From the NCBI GenBank assembly GCA_031411075.1, contig JANOAH010000180.1, positions 1 to 44,054 of the forward strand: a stretch of 44,054 nt of DNA, read 5' to 3'. Position 1 is the stretch's first letter, and each line of letters starts with the position of its first letter. The translations under genes were made by a program, and so were the position numbers. The DNA is from Erythrobacteraceae bacterium (GTDB lineage: Bacteria > Pseudomonadota > Alphaproteobacteria > Sphingomonadales > Sphingomonadaceae). The notes below the pieces were generated by a model. It ran no database searches, was not told where the DNA came from, and saw nothing but the letters and a program-made list of their open reading frames with translations. Of the stretch, positions 8,596-20,497 are shown piece after piece.

Positions 8596-8698
8596 CACCG
8601 CTTCGGTCCGCGACCAGCGGACCGCAAGGTCGAACGGCCGCCCGAGCTTATGCGAGGAAGCAAGCCGCCCGGATGGGCGGCGCCCGCAGGGTCGCAAC
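8596..8698. repeat. GC-rich multi-hairpin intergenic element (putative interspersed repeat)
   Basis: Perfect hairpins CGGTCCGC-GACCA-GCGGACCG (8604-8624) and GCCGCCC-GGAT-GGGCGGC (8664-8681). Only one copy is in the window, so repeat status is inferred. Confidence 0.4.
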
Positions 8699-8703
8699 AA
8701 ATT

Positions 8704-8743
8704 AAAGAAAAACCCCCGTCCCGGGGGCATTGGGACGGGGGTT
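8704..8743 (-). terminator. Rho-independent terminator
   Basis: Minus strand AACCCCCGTCCC-AATGCCCCC-GGGACGGGGGTT-TTTCTTT: 12-bp perfect stem plus U-tract. Confidence 0.9.
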
Positions 8744-8830
8744 CGTTCTGAGCGTTCGTCACGCTTGCCTGGCGGCCTTTAGGAGAGGCCAGGGCAACAG
8801 GGGGGAAACCCGCCTCTCACCGCCATGCCC
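8704..8830 (-). ncRNA. Putative trans-acting small RNA with C-rich loops
   Basis: Non-coding gap holding a 5' stem GAGAGGC/GCCUCUC (8783-8818) that closes a UUUCCCCCCUGUUG loop, a candidate -10 (CCTAGTGT on the minus strand, ~8836-8843) and a strong terminator. The 5' end is estimated. Confidence 0.6.
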
Positions 8831-8917
8831 GTGAACACTAGGCCACGGCGGCTTTCCCCTCGATGAATGAGGCAAAACGGCCCGTCGCATCAGCCGGGCA
8901 GTTTGCCGCCGTGACGT

Positions 8918-9571
8918 TCAGCGCGGGCGACGGGTGGTGCGGCGCGGGTCGGTGTAGGTGAATGCGCTGTCCGCCACCGCCATGCCATAACGCTGGTTCG
9001 ACAGCCGCACTGTGGTGCGCTTGTTCTGCGCATCGAGCGCCACCCAGCTGTTGAGCCGGAGGCCGCCCGGCGCCGCTCCATCGCGCACGAAGATCAGCGT
9101 GATCGTGCCGTATTCGGGCTTGCGCGCGTCCTTGACCTCGATGCTCAGCACATCGGGGTTGGTGGTCGGGATCAGACGGCCATAGCGCTTCACGTCACGA
9201 TTGGGGTCGAGCAGCGCGCCGAGCGGCGAATTGCCGATCGGCCAGCGCTGCACCTGATTGACGTCATAATCGATCAGCGTCAGCGATCGGCCGTTCGAGA
9301 CGATCAGCATGTTGGCGGCGCGTTCGTATTCGAAGCGGATGCGGCCCGGGCGCTTCAGGGTCAGCACCCCGCGCAGCGACTGGCCCGAGCGGTCGGTCTG
9401 GACGAAGTCGGCCTTCATCGTGCCGATTGCGCGCAGCGCAGCGACGACCTGGTCGAGCCGATCGTCTTGGGCAGCGGCAGGCGCCGCCGGCAAGGTCAAA
9501 GCGGCCGGGACCGCCAGTGCCAAGGCACCGGCGAGCAGGCGAAGACGGTTGAAACGGGTCAAGTGGATCAT
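8918..9571 (-). CDS. lolA: Outer-membrane lipoprotein carrier protein LolA
   Basis: Signal peptide (AAA-Q); 'ADFVQTD..G....G.LTLKRPGRIRFEY', 'LIVSNG' and 'SPLGALL' match the alphaproteobacterial LolA pattern. Confidence 0.9.
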   Translation of the reverse strand: MIHLTRFNRLRLLAGALALAVPAALTLPAAPAAAQDDRLDQVVAALRAIGTMKADFVQTDRSGQSLRGVLTLKRPGRIRFEYERAANMLIVSNGRSLTLIDYDVNQVQRWPIGNSPLGALLDPNRDVKRYGRLIPTTNPDVLSIEVKDARKPEYGTITLIFVRDGAAPGGLRLNSWVALDAQNKRTTVRLSNQRYGMAVADSAFTYTDPRRTTRRPR

Positions 9572-9641
9572 GCTCCGGCGGTTAGATTCGGGGCATTGAA
9601 CCGGCCGTGAACCCGGGCGGGCCCCGGGGTTCAGGGCAAGC

Positions 9642-9809
9642 TTACTTGATCTTGCCTTCTTTGAATTCGACGTGCTTCTTGGCCACCGGATCGTACTTGC
9701 GGAAGCTCATCTTCTCGGTGGTGTTGCGCGGATTCTTCTTGGTCACGTAGAAGAATCCGGTGTCGGCGGTCGAGTTCAGCCGAATCTTGATCGTTGCGGG
9801 CTTGGCCAT
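9642..9809 (-). CDS. rpmG: 50S ribosomal protein L33 (not in the supplied ORF track)
   Basis: Manual translation: [55 protein letters not shown] (55 aa), Cys-free L33 form. Confidence 0.98.
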   Translation of the reverse strand: MAKPATIKIRLNSTADTGFFYVTKKNPRNTTEKMSFRKYDPVAKKHVEFKEGKIK

Positions 9810-9895
9810 CGTCGTAAGTCCTGAAAACAGATGAGGCGACGCGCCAGGCGTCGCCGTCCGGGCGCGCGTTTGTAACCGCGCAGGCGAAAAGTCAA

Positions 9896-9919
9896 CCCTT
9901 CGGCACGCTCAGGACAGGC
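9896..9919. repeat. 24-bp interspersed element, intergenic copy
   Basis: CCCTTCGGCACGCTCAGGACAGGC fills the exact space between the arfB stop (9920-9922) and a TTGACT -35-like box (9895-9890, minus); 18/24 identical to 22457-22480 in opposite orientation. Confidence 0.65.
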
Positions 9920-10324
9920 TCACCACTCGACCTTGCCACGGTTGGCCTTGACCGTGCCGCGGACCTTCTTCGCCTTGAGCCGTTCGACCTTACCGACGCG
10001 GTTGACGCGAGTCCTGGCGCGCTTTTTCGGTTCGACCAGCGCGGCCTCGATCAAGGCGACGAGGCGGGCGCGAGCATCGTCGCGATTGGCCTCCTGGGTG
10101 CGGAAACGGCGCGCGGCTATGACGATTTCGCCCTTCGCCGTCATGCGGCTGCCGGCGAGCGCCTTCAGCCGCTGGAACACCGCATGTTCGAGCTTGAGCG
10201 CGAACACGTTGAGCCGCAATTGCACCGCGGTCGCCACCTTGTTGACGTTCTGCCCGCCCGGGCCGGAGGCGGCGATGAAGCTTTCCTCGGCCAGCGCCAG
10301 GGCGCGAAGCACGGTCTCATCCAC
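9920..10324 (-). CDS. arfB: Alternative ribosome-rescue aminoacyl-tRNA hydrolase ArfB
   Basis: 'SGPGGQNVNKVATAVQLR' GGQ motif, 'RTQEANR' and a basic C-terminal tail; GTG start at 10324. Confidence 0.93.
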   Translation of the reverse strand: MDETVLRALALAEESFIAASGPGGQNVNKVATAVQLRLNVFALKLEHAVFQRLKALAGSRMTAKGEIVIAARRFRTQEANRDDARARLVALIEAALVEPKKRARTRVNRVGKVERLKAKKVRGTVKANRGKVEW

Positions 10325-10970
10325 CGCCAAAGCCCAGCGCTGCAAATTCGGGCGGCAACGGCGCGGAAGCGACGATTGGCGGCTTGCCCTCGCGCTGTAC
10401 CTCCAGTTCGGCGGCGTGGAGCATCGTGCGCCACGCGCCTTTCCCGTCGCCATAGACCGGATCGCCGAGCAACGGGATACCGATCCCGCTCGCCGCATGG
10501 ACCCGCAATTGGTGCGTGCGGCCGGTGACCGGGCGGAATTCGACCAGCGCACGGCCCTGGGCTTCGGCAACGACACGCCAATGGCTCAGCGCCGGCTTGC
10601 CCTTCTTCGCGGGAATCATCCGCCAGCCATCGGCCGCGCTGCTGATCTTGCTCAGCGCCAGTTCGACCGCCCCTTCCTTCAGGTCCGGGATGCCGGCGAG
10701 CACACCGAGGTAGCGCTTGGCCACCTGGCGCGCCTCGAACGCGGCGGCGAAGCGTTTCAACGCCTTGGGATTGCGCGCGAGCAGCAGGCAGCCAGAGGTA
10801 TCGGCGTCGAGCCGGTGCACCGGCACCGGTGGGCGCTGGAACCCGAGCTTGAGGCTATCGAGATGATCGTCGAGCGAAGCGCCGCCCTTGCGCGGCTGGT
10901 CCATCGGCAAGCCCCCCGGCTTGTCGATCACCAGCGCTTCGCCGTCTTCAAAGAGGATCGGGATAGTCAT
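10317..10970 (-). CDS. RluA-family pseudouridine synthase
   Basis: 'IDKPGGL', catalytic 'HRLDADTSG', 'TGRTHQLRVH', 'GDPVYG' and 'LHA'. Confidence 0.93.
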   Translation of the reverse strand: MTIPILFEDGEALVIDKPGGLPMDQPRKGGASLDDHLDSLKLGFQRPPVPVHRLDADTSGCLLLARNPKALKRFAAAFEARQVAKRYLGVLAGIPDLKEGAVELALSKISSAADGWRMIPAKKGKPALSHWRVVAEAQGRALVEFRPVTGRTHQLRVHAASGIGIPLLGDPVYGDGKGAWRTMLHAAELEVQREGKPPIVASAPLPPEFAALGFGGG

Positions 10971-12142
10971 TTCAGTGCCTTAGCGATCCGGCGCAGCGCT
11001 TCTTCGAGCACCGCTTCGTCGGCGGCGAAGCTGATGCGGAAGCCGTTTTTGCCGCCGAACGCGCTGGCGGCGACTACCGCGACGCCGTGGTCGAGCAGGT
11101 GGAGGGCCAGCGCGGTGTCGTCAATGAAGCGCTTCATCAGCGGCGTTGTATCGATGAAACAGTAGAACGCCCCGTCCGGAACAGGGGTGGACAGCCCCGG
11201 AATGGCCCTGATCGCCTGGACCACCATGTCACGGCGCTGGCGGAAGCGTTCGCGCCAGCCGTCGAGGAACTGTTGCGGGCCTTCGAATGCGGCGACCGCG
11301 GCGGCCTGGCTGATCGACGAGGGATTGCCGCTGGCGTTCGATTGCAGCCGGCCCATCGCCTCGATCAGCCAGGCCGGGCCGGTAGCGACACCGATGCGAA
11401 AGCCGGTCATCGCGTGGCTCTTGGAAACGCCCGAGACGGTGCAGACCCGGTCGGCGAGATCGGGGCAGACCGCCGCCAGCGTGGCGTGGGGACGGCCGGT
11501 GTAGTTGAGCGGGGCGTAGATATCGTCCGACAGCACCATGATCTGCGGATAGCGGCGCAGCACCTCCCCGATCCCGGCGAGGAGTTCGGCCGGATAGACC
11601 GCGCCGGTGGGGTTGCCCGGGCTGTTCAGGATCAGCCACAGCGTGCGCGAAGTGATCAGCGCTTCGAGGTCGGCCGGTTCGAACACGAAGCCGTGGTGCG
11701 GCTGGGTAATCAGCGGGACCACGCTTCCGCCGGCAAAGCGCACCATCTGCGGATAGCTGACCCACCACGGGCTGGGCACGATCACCTCGTCGCCGTCCCC
11801 CACAGTGGCGGCGATCGCTTCGAACAGCGCCTGCTTGCCCCCGGCGCTGACGATCACTTGGTCGGGTTCGCAGGCGATCCCGAGGTCGCGCTCGAAATGC
11901 ATCGCCGCAGCGCGTTTCAGCGCCAGGGTGCCGGTCACCGGCGTGTACTTGGTCTGCCCGGTATTGAGCGCCACTTGCGCTGCGCCGAGCACGTGCGGCG
12001 GGGTGTCGAAATCGGGTTCACCCACCGACAGCGAGATCACGTCATGGCCCGCGGCGCGCAGCGCGGTGGCGCGGTCGGTCATCGCGGTGGTGCCCGATTC
12101 GGCGATCCGGCGCAGCGCCGGGCTCAGGTGCTCATGGCTCAC
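10967..12142 (-). CDS. PLP-dependent aminotransferase class I/II (aspartate aminotransferase-like)
   Basis: 'GEPDFDTP', 'NSPGNPTG', 'SDDIY' and 'SKSHAMTGFRIG' (PLP lysine). Confidence 0.93.
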   Translation of the reverse strand: MSHEHLSPALRRIAESGTTAMTDRATALRAAGHDVISLSVGEPDFDTPPHVLGAAQVALNTGQTKYTPVTGTLALKRAAAMHFERDLGIACEPDQVIVSAGGKQALFEAIAATVGDGDEVIVPSPWWVSYPQMVRFAGGSVVPLITQPHHGFVFEPADLEALITSRTLWLILNSPGNPTGAVYPAELLAGIGEVLRRYPQIMVLSDDIYAPLNYTGRPHATLAAVCPDLADRVCTVSGVSKSHAMTGFRIGVATGPAWLIEAMGRLQSNASGNPSSISQAAAVAAFEGPQQFLDGWRERFRQRRDMVVQAIRAIPGLSTPVPDGAFYCFIDTTPLMKRFIDDTALALHLLDHGVAVVAASAFGGKNGFRISFAADEAVLEEALRRIAKALK

Positions 12143-13938
12143 GGCAGGATCCTCGCCGGGATCAGTCCGCGCACGGCATTGCCGATGAAGAAACCCTCGG
12201 CAAGATCATCCACCATGATCGGCGCTTCGCGCGCGCGGCCTTCGTCCAGCAGCGCGCGGCGAAGGATGCCGGGGAGCAGGCCGGCGGACGCGGGTGGGGT
12301 GAGCAGCCCGCCATCCCGCTCGACGAACAGGTTGGTAAAGCTGCCTTCGGTCACCTGCCCGTCGTCGCGCACGAACAAGGCTTCGTCAGCGCCCGCCTCG
12401 CGCGCGACTGCCAGCGCCGCTTCGTAGAAGCCGCGGTCGGTGCTTTTGTGGCGCAGCCGCCAGTCGCCCGGCACCACCGGCAAGGGCAGCAGCACGCAGG
12501 CCATGTCGCCTTCGCGCGCAGGCGGCAGCGGCGCTGCTTCGAGCGCGATCGCCCCGCCGCGCGACAACAGCAGCCGCAGCCGCGCCGCCGCTTCGAGTTC
12601 GAAGCACAGCGCGTGGATGCGGTTGCGCGCCTCGTGCCGGTCGAACGCGAAGCCGAGTTCGGCGGCGCTGGCCTTGATCCGTTCGAGATGCAGCTCGAGA
12701 TGCGCGACGCCGGCATCGGGATCGAAGCGCATCGTCTCGATTAGGTCGAATCCGCCGGCAGCGCCGCGCGCGAACCCGCCTTTGACTTGCGCCTCGCGCC
12801 ATTCGGCCATGCCGTCGCTGTCGGCGACGATCGCGCCGCCGACGCCGAGCACGGCATGATGCCGCTCGTTCTCGCCCGGGGTCAGGCGCACGGTGCGGAT
12901 GGCGACGTTGAATGCCGCGTCCCCGCTGCCGTCGATGCGGCCGATGGCGCCGCAATACGGCCCGCGCGCGTCGCGCTCGACCGTGTGAATCAGCTCCATC
13001 GCGCGGATCTTGGGCGTGCCGGTGATCGATCCGCACGGGAACAGCGCGCGGATCATGTCGACCGCGCCCCTGCCTTCGGCGAGCTCGGCGCGCACGGTCG
13101 AGACCATCTGGTGGACGGTCGGATACGTCTCGGTGGCGAACAGATCGTCGACCCGCACCGAACCCGGCACCGCGACACGGCTGAGATCGTTGCGCATCAG
13201 GTCGACGATCATCAGGTTCTCGGCCTTGTCCTTGACCGATCCGGCGAGCTCGGCGGCGAAGGCCGTGTCCTCGGCAGTGTCGCGCCCGCGCGGGCGGGTG
13301 CCCTTCATCGGCTTGACCTTGGCGGCGCGGCCCTTGAGGCTGAAGAACAGTTCGGGGCTGAACGAGAGCAGCCAGTGGTTGCCATCGAAAATCACCCCGC
13401 CATAGCCGGCGTTGGCGGCGGGGCGGATCGCGGCATAGAGCGCCAGCGGATGGCCGCGCGCCGCGCCCGCGAGCGGCAGCGTCAGGTTGGCCTGGTAAAT
13501 GTCGCCGGCGCGGATCGCTTCGCTCAGCGTGGCGAAGGCTGCGAGATAGCCGGCGACCGAGACTTGCGGTTCGAGCGGGCCGATCGAGGCGGGCGCCGTG
13601 CCGCCGCGCGCCGCCAGCCAGCCCGGCACCTCGTCCGCCGGCAGTATGGTCGCACCATCGAACAGGCCGAACCACAGCAGCGGTCCGCCGGCGCCGCTGC
13701 GCTCGGCCGCCAGCGGCGCTAGCCTGGGTTCCATCGCCAACCCGGCTTCATAGGCGAGATAGCCGGCCAGCGTGCCGCCGGTGTCGCGCCGCGCCGCATC
13801 GGCGGCTTCGACCATGGGCAGCACTTCGTCCGGCCGCCGGGCGACGAACACCTGGCGCGGGTGTTCGAACAGCTGCGCATCGCTGGCCCCATGCGCGCGC
13901 GCGTCGTCGAGCAGGACGAAGGGCTGGGGCTCGGCCAT
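12139..13938 (-). CDS. pabB: Aminodeoxychorismate synthase component I fused to class IV aminotransferase/ADC lyase (PabB-PabC)
   Basis: 'GDIYQANLT', 'SPELFF', 'KPMKGT', 'AENLMIVDLMRNDL' and 'FNVAIRT'; C-terminal 'ETMR..HLER..HKST..EGSFTNLF..GLLPGILR'. Confidence 0.92.
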   Translation of the reverse strand: MAEPQPFVLLDDARAHGASDAQLFEHPRQVFVARRPDEVLPMVEAADAARRDTGGTLAGYLAYEAGLAMEPRLAPLAAERSGAGGPLLWFGLFDGATILPADEVPGWLAARGGTAPASIGPLEPQVSVAGYLAAFATLSEAIRAGDIYQANLTLPLAGAARGHPLALYAAIRPAANAGYGGVIFDGNHWLLSFSPELFFSLKGRAAKVKPMKGTRPRGRDTAEDTAFAAELAGSVKDKAENLMIVDLMRNDLSRVAVPGSVRVDDLFATETYPTVHQMVSTVRAELAEGRGAVDMIRALFPCGSITGTPKIRAMELIHTVERDARGPYCGAIGRIDGSGDAAFNVAIRTVRLTPGENERHHAVLGVGGAIVADSDGMAEWREAQVKGGFARGAAGGFDLIETMRFDPDAGVAHLELHLERIKASAAELGFAFDRHEARNRIHALCFELEAAARLRLLLSRGGAIALEAAPLPPAREGDMACVLLPLPVVPGDWRLRHKSTDRGFYEAALAVAREAGADEALFVRDDGQVTEGSFTNLFVERDGGLLTPPASAGLLPGILRRALLDEGRAREAPIMVDDLAEGFFIGNAVRGLIPARILP

Positions 13939-14021
13939 GGGCCCGCTCTAACCAGTAATCGCCCCTTGTCTATCGCCTGAGGGCGCGCCAGACGCGGCAT
14001 GGACGTGGGAGGATTGGGACA

Positions 14022-15608
14022 ATGACGGCGATTTTTCTGGGCCTGGGCGCCAATGGCGAGCGGCAATCGCTCGAGCTCGGGCGCGCCAACCGCCACGGGC
14101 TGATCGCGGGCGCCACCGGCACCGGCAAGACGGTGACGCTGCAGGGCCTCGCCGAAAGCTTTTCGGCGCAAGGCGTTCCGGTGTTCATGGCCGACGTCAA
14201 GGGTGACCTTAGCGGCATCGCGCTGCCCGGTTCGCCTACATTCGCGCATGCCGACAAGATCGAAGCCCGCGCCAAGGAGCTCGGCATGGACGACTTCGCC
14301 TATGCCGATAACCCGGTGGTGTTCTGGGACCTGTTCGGCGAACAGGGCCACCCCATTCGCACCACGGTGTCCGAAATGGGGCCGCTCCTGCTCGGCCGGT
14401 TGCTCAACCTGAACGACACCCAGCAGGGTGTGCTCGACATCGTGTTCCGCTTTGCCGACGAACAGGCGCTGCTGCTGCTCGATCTCGAAGACCTGCAGGC
14501 AATGCTGGCCTACACCTCCGAACACGCCGGCGAGCTGACCGCCAGGTACGGCAACGTCACCAAGCAGAGCCTCGGCATCATCCAGCGCCAGCTGCTCTCG
14601 CTCGACGATCAGGGCGGGGCGATGTTCTTCGGCGAACCGGCGCTCGAGATCGCCGATTTCATCCGCACCGATGCGCAGGGGCGCGGCGTGGTCAACGTGC
14701 TCGCCGCCGACAAGCTGATGCGCACGCCCAAGCTCTACGCCACGTTCCTGCTGTGGCTGCTCGCCGAACTGTTCGAAGTGCTGCCCGAGGTCGGCGATCC
14801 CGAAAAGCCCAAGCTGGTGTTCTTCTTCGACGAGGCGCACTTGTTGTTCGACGATGCACCGGGCGCGCTGCAGGAAAAGATCGAGCAGGTCGTGCGGCTG
14901 ATCCGCTCGAAGGGCGTGGGCGTCTATTTCGTCACCCAAAACCCGATCGACATTCCCGAGGAAGTCGCCGCGCAGCTCGGCAACCGGGTGCAGCATGCGC
15001 TGCGCGCGTTCACCCCGCGCGACCAGAAGGCGATCCGCGCCGCCGCCGAAACCTTTCGCATCAATCCCGACCTCGATGTCGAGCAGGTCATTACCGAGCT
15101 CAGGACCGGCGAGGCGCTGGTTTCGACCCTGATGGACGACGGCGCGCCTTCAGTGGTGCAGCGCACGCTGATCAAGCCGCCTCATTCACGGCTCGGCCCG
15201 GTCAGCACCGGCGAGCGCGCGGTGATCCAGGGCGCCAGCCCGTTCGGCGGCAAGTACGACAAGCGCGTCGACCGCGAAAGCGCCGAGGAAGTGCTGGCGC
15301 AAAAGATCGCCGACGCGACCGCCACGGCGGTCGAAGTCGAGGCAAAGGGCGAAGTTGCGGTCGCCGCGCGCGAACGCACCCACACCAGCTTGTGGAGCAA
15401 GGCGCTGGGCCGCGCCGGCAAGGCGGCGACCGGCGCCGCGGTCGGTTCGGCCGCGACGATCGCCGCGGCCGCGATCACCGGGCGCAAGAGCCGCTCGAAC
15501 CCGGTGCGCAACGCCGCCACGTCGGCCGCCGGGTCGCTCGCCACCAGCCTCGCCGGCCCGTTCGCCGGGCGCTTCGTGCGCAATATTATCGGCAGTCTGA
15601 TGCGCTAG
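14022..15608 (+). CDS. DUF853/YjgR HerA-like P-loop ATPase
   Basis: '[20 protein letters not shown]', '[10 protein letters not shown]', '[17 protein letters not shown]' and 'QHALRAFTP'. Confidence 0.92.
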   Translation: MTAIFLGLGANGERQSLELGRANRHGLIAGATGTGKTVTLQGLAESFSAQGVPVFMADVKGDLSGIALPGSPTFAHADKIEARAKELGMDDFAYADNPVVFWDLFGEQGHPIRTTVSEMGPLLLGRLLNLNDTQQGVLDIVFRFADEQALLLLDLEDLQAMLAYTSEHAGELTARYGNVTKQSLGIIQRQLLSLDDQGGAMFFGEPALEIADFIRTDAQGRGVVNVLAADKLMRTPKLYATFLLWLLAELFEVLPEVGDPEKPKLVFFFDEAHLLFDDAPGALQEKIEQVVRLIRSKGVGVYFVTQNPIDIPEEVAAQLGNRVQHALRAFTPRDQKAIRAAAETFRINPDLDVEQVITELRTGEALVSTLMDDGAPSVVQRTLIKPPHSRLGPVSTGERAVIQGASPFGGKYDKRVDRESAEEVLAQKIADATATAVEVEAKGEVAVAARERTHTSLWSKALGRAGKAATGAAVGSAATIAAAAITGRKSRSNPVRNAATSAAGSLATSLAGPFAGRFVRNIIGSLMR

Positions 15609-15612
15609 GTCG

Positions 15613-18276
<2,664 letters not shown>

Positions 18277-18347
18277 GGGTGCGAATCCCGTTGGTTTGGT
18301 TTCTTGTGCAACCGCTCTAGCAACAGGCGGCGCGGATGGCGACGCCC

Positions 18348-19727
18348 TCAGTCGAGCGGCAGGCGCAGTTCGGCGACCAGGCCTTGGCCATCGGTACGGT
18401 TGCCCAGCGCGATGGTTCCGCCGTGCTGCTCGGCGATCGCGCGCGCCAGGGTCAGACCCAGGCCGGCCCCGCCGGTCTCGCGGTTGCGCGAAGCTTCGCC
18501 GCGGGCGAACGGTTCCATCAGCGCGCCGATCTCGCCGGCCGGGATGCCGGGCCCGTCATCCTCGACCCGGATCACCGCCTGGCTCGCCTCGCGTTCGATC
18601 GACACCCGCGCCCGCTCGCCATAGCGCACCGCGTTGTCGATCAGGTTGCGCAGCGCCCGGCGCAGCCAGGTGGCGCGCAGCGCTAACGGCGTGCGTTGCG
18701 TTGCGCCGAGTTCGACCGGCTCGCCGCGATCCTCGTATTCCTCGACCACCGCGGCGACCAGCGCGGCGAGGTCGGTGCGTTCGAGCGGATCGCTCGGCCG
18801 GCCGACGCGGGCGAGCGAGAGGATGTCGTCGAGCGAGCGCGCGATATCCTCGATCGTCGCGGCCATCTTGCCGCGTTCGGCGGGGTCTTCGACCGTCTCG
18901 ATCCGCACCCTGAGCGCGGCGAGCGGCGTCTTCAGGTCATGCCCGATGGCGCCGAGCATGACGTCCTTTTCATCGAGCAGCGCGGCGATGCGCGTTTCCA
19001 TCGCATTGTGCGCGGCGATCAGGCGGCGCGTATCGTCGGGCCCGCTCGGCTCGACCTGCCCGGCCAGCGTGCGCGTTTCGCCGCCGAATTGTTCGACCCG
19101 CCGGGTCAGCGCGGCGATCGGCCGGGTCATCCGCCGCAGCAGCCAGGCGAGCCCGCCGACCAGCAGCGCATAGAGCAACAGCGTCTGCCCGATCAGCCAG
19201 CCGAGCGCGCGCGGATCGGGGCCGGTCATCGGCCAGCGCGCGACCGTCCAGGTCTGCTCGCCCTGCCGCAGCAACCCGGCGACCAGCATTTCGCCGCGGC
19301 CCCACTGGGTCCGCTCGCGGCCGCGCAGCTGGTCCATGACGTAAGGATCATCGGCGGTGTCGCGCGTCACCACGACGAGCTGCGCCGGCTCGACACCCTG
19401 GCCGACCAGGATCGAATGCAAGGCGTCCTCGCGCGCGGTGTCGCGGGTCTCGCCCGGATGGAGCGGCTGGACGGGGGTGCGTTCGACCTGCAACCGCTGC
19501 CAGCGCCCGCCGTTGCGCGCGTTGGCCATCCCGCGGCCGCGCGGGCGGACATCGACCCGCGCCTCGGTCACAAGCTGGAACGCCAGGCTGTTGGCGGCGA
19601 ACATCTCGCGCCGCTGTTCGGCCGCGCGATATTGCAGCACAGCCGAAATGGTCTGCGCCACCAAGAGCGCCAGCGCGACGGCCAGCAGCATCTGGCCGAG
19701 CAGGCTTTTGGGCAGAAAGCGGCGCAC
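18348..19727 (-). CDS. Membrane sensor histidine kinase (EnvZ-like)
   Basis: Two TM helices, HAMP-like linker, H-box 'GHDLKTPL', N-box 'NLIDNAVRYG', 'DDGPGIP' and 'GAGLGL'. Confidence 0.93.
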   Translation of the reverse strand: MRRFLPKSLLGQMLLAVALALLVAQTISAVLQYRAAEQRREMFAANSLAFQLVTEARVDVRPRGRGMANARNGGRWQRLQVERTPVQPLHPGETRDTAREDALHSILVGQGVEPAQLVVVTRDTADDPYVMDQLRGRERTQWGRGEMLVAGLLRQGEQTWTVARWPMTGPDPRALGWLIGQTLLLYALLVGGLAWLLRRMTRPIAALTRRVEQFGGETRTLAGQVEPSGPDDTRRLIAAHNAMETRIAALLDEKDVMLGAIGHDLKTPLAALRVRIETVEDPAERGKMAATIEDIARSLDDILSLARVGRPSDPLERTDLAALVAAVVEEYEDRGEPVELGATQRTPLALRATWLRRALRNLIDNAVRYGERARVSIEREASQAVIRVEDDGPGIPAGEIGALMEPFARGEASRNRETGGAGLGLTLARAIAEQHGGTIALGNRTDGQGLVAELRLPLD

Positions 19728-19737
19728 CGAGCCGGGC

Positions 19738-20472
19738 CTAGCCGCGCTCGGCCGGCAGGCGGCGGACGTCGGCGGCGAGGCGATAGCCGCCGCCCCACAC
19801 CGTCTGGATCAGCTTGGGATCGCGGCTGTCCACTTCGACCTTGCGGCGCAGGCGGCTGACCTGGTTGTCGACCGCGCGGTCGAACAGGTGCGCCTCGCGC
19901 CCCTGGACCATGTCGAGCAGCCGGTCGCGGTCGAGCACCTGCCGCGGGTGCGTCAGGAACGCCACCAGCAGACGGAATTCGGCCGACGAGATCGGCACCA
20001 CCGTGCCTTCGGGATCGGCCAGCCGGCGCTTGAGCGGATCGAGCGTCCAGCCTTCGAATTCGTACGGCGCATCTTCTTCGGCGACCGGCGCGGTCTTGCT
20101 CGAGCGGCGCAGCACCGAGCGGATCCGCGCCACCAGCTCGCGCGGCTCGAACGGCTTGACCACGTAGTCGTCGGCGCCGATTTCGAGCCCGACGATGCGG
20201 TCGGTCGCTTCGCCCCGCGCGGTCAACAGGATCACCGGCAGGCTTTTCGATTCGGCCAGGTGGCGGCACAGCGACAGCCCGTCCTCGCCCGGCATCATCA
20301 CGTCAAGCAGGACCAGGTCGGGCGCTTCCTCAGCCAGCGCAAGGCGCGCCTTGGCGGCGTCTTCGGCCTGGCGTACGGCAAACCCCTGGCGCGTGAGATA
20401 CTCGGCCAGGGGCTCGCGCAAGCTGGGCTCGTCGTCGACCAGCAGCAGCCGTGTCGGCGCCGGTGCGTTCAT
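19738..20472 (-). CDS. OmpR-family response regulator
   Basis: 'LLVDDE', 'LLDVMMPGEDG', 'GADDYVVKPF' and a winged-helix C-terminus 'IQTVWGGGY'; ATG at 20472. Confidence 0.95.
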   Translation of the reverse strand: MNAPAPTRLLLVDDEPSLREPLAEYLTRQGFAVRQAEDAAKARLALAEEAPDLVLLDVMMPGEDGLSLCRHLAESKSLPVILLTARGEATDRIVGLEIGADDYVVKPFEPRELVARIRSVLRRSSKTAPVAEEDAPYEFEGWTLDPLKRRLADPEGTVVPISSAEFRLLVAFLTHPRQVLDRDRLLDMVQGREAHLFDRAVDNQVSRLRRKVEVDSRDPKLIQTVWGGGYRLAADVRRLPAERG

Positions 20473-20497
20473 CGGTGTATGTGCCCCCGTGCCGGCG

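Noticed and set aside
6713-8730. N-terminally extended ribA (to 8029) and xth (to 8730) as given in the ORF track
   Set aside because: The extensions overlap xth or the structured intergenic region and are not protein-like; GTG 7771 and ATG 8553 fit the family N-termini.
9920-10576. RluA-ArfB fusion or frameshift
   Set aside because: Both genes are complete, with an 8-nt overlap; the longer ORF is just an open alternate frame.
14022-15608. HerA-type anti-phage defence ATPase
   Set aside because: Motifs match the widespread standalone DUF853/YjgR family, and no nuclease or Sir2 partner is adjacent.
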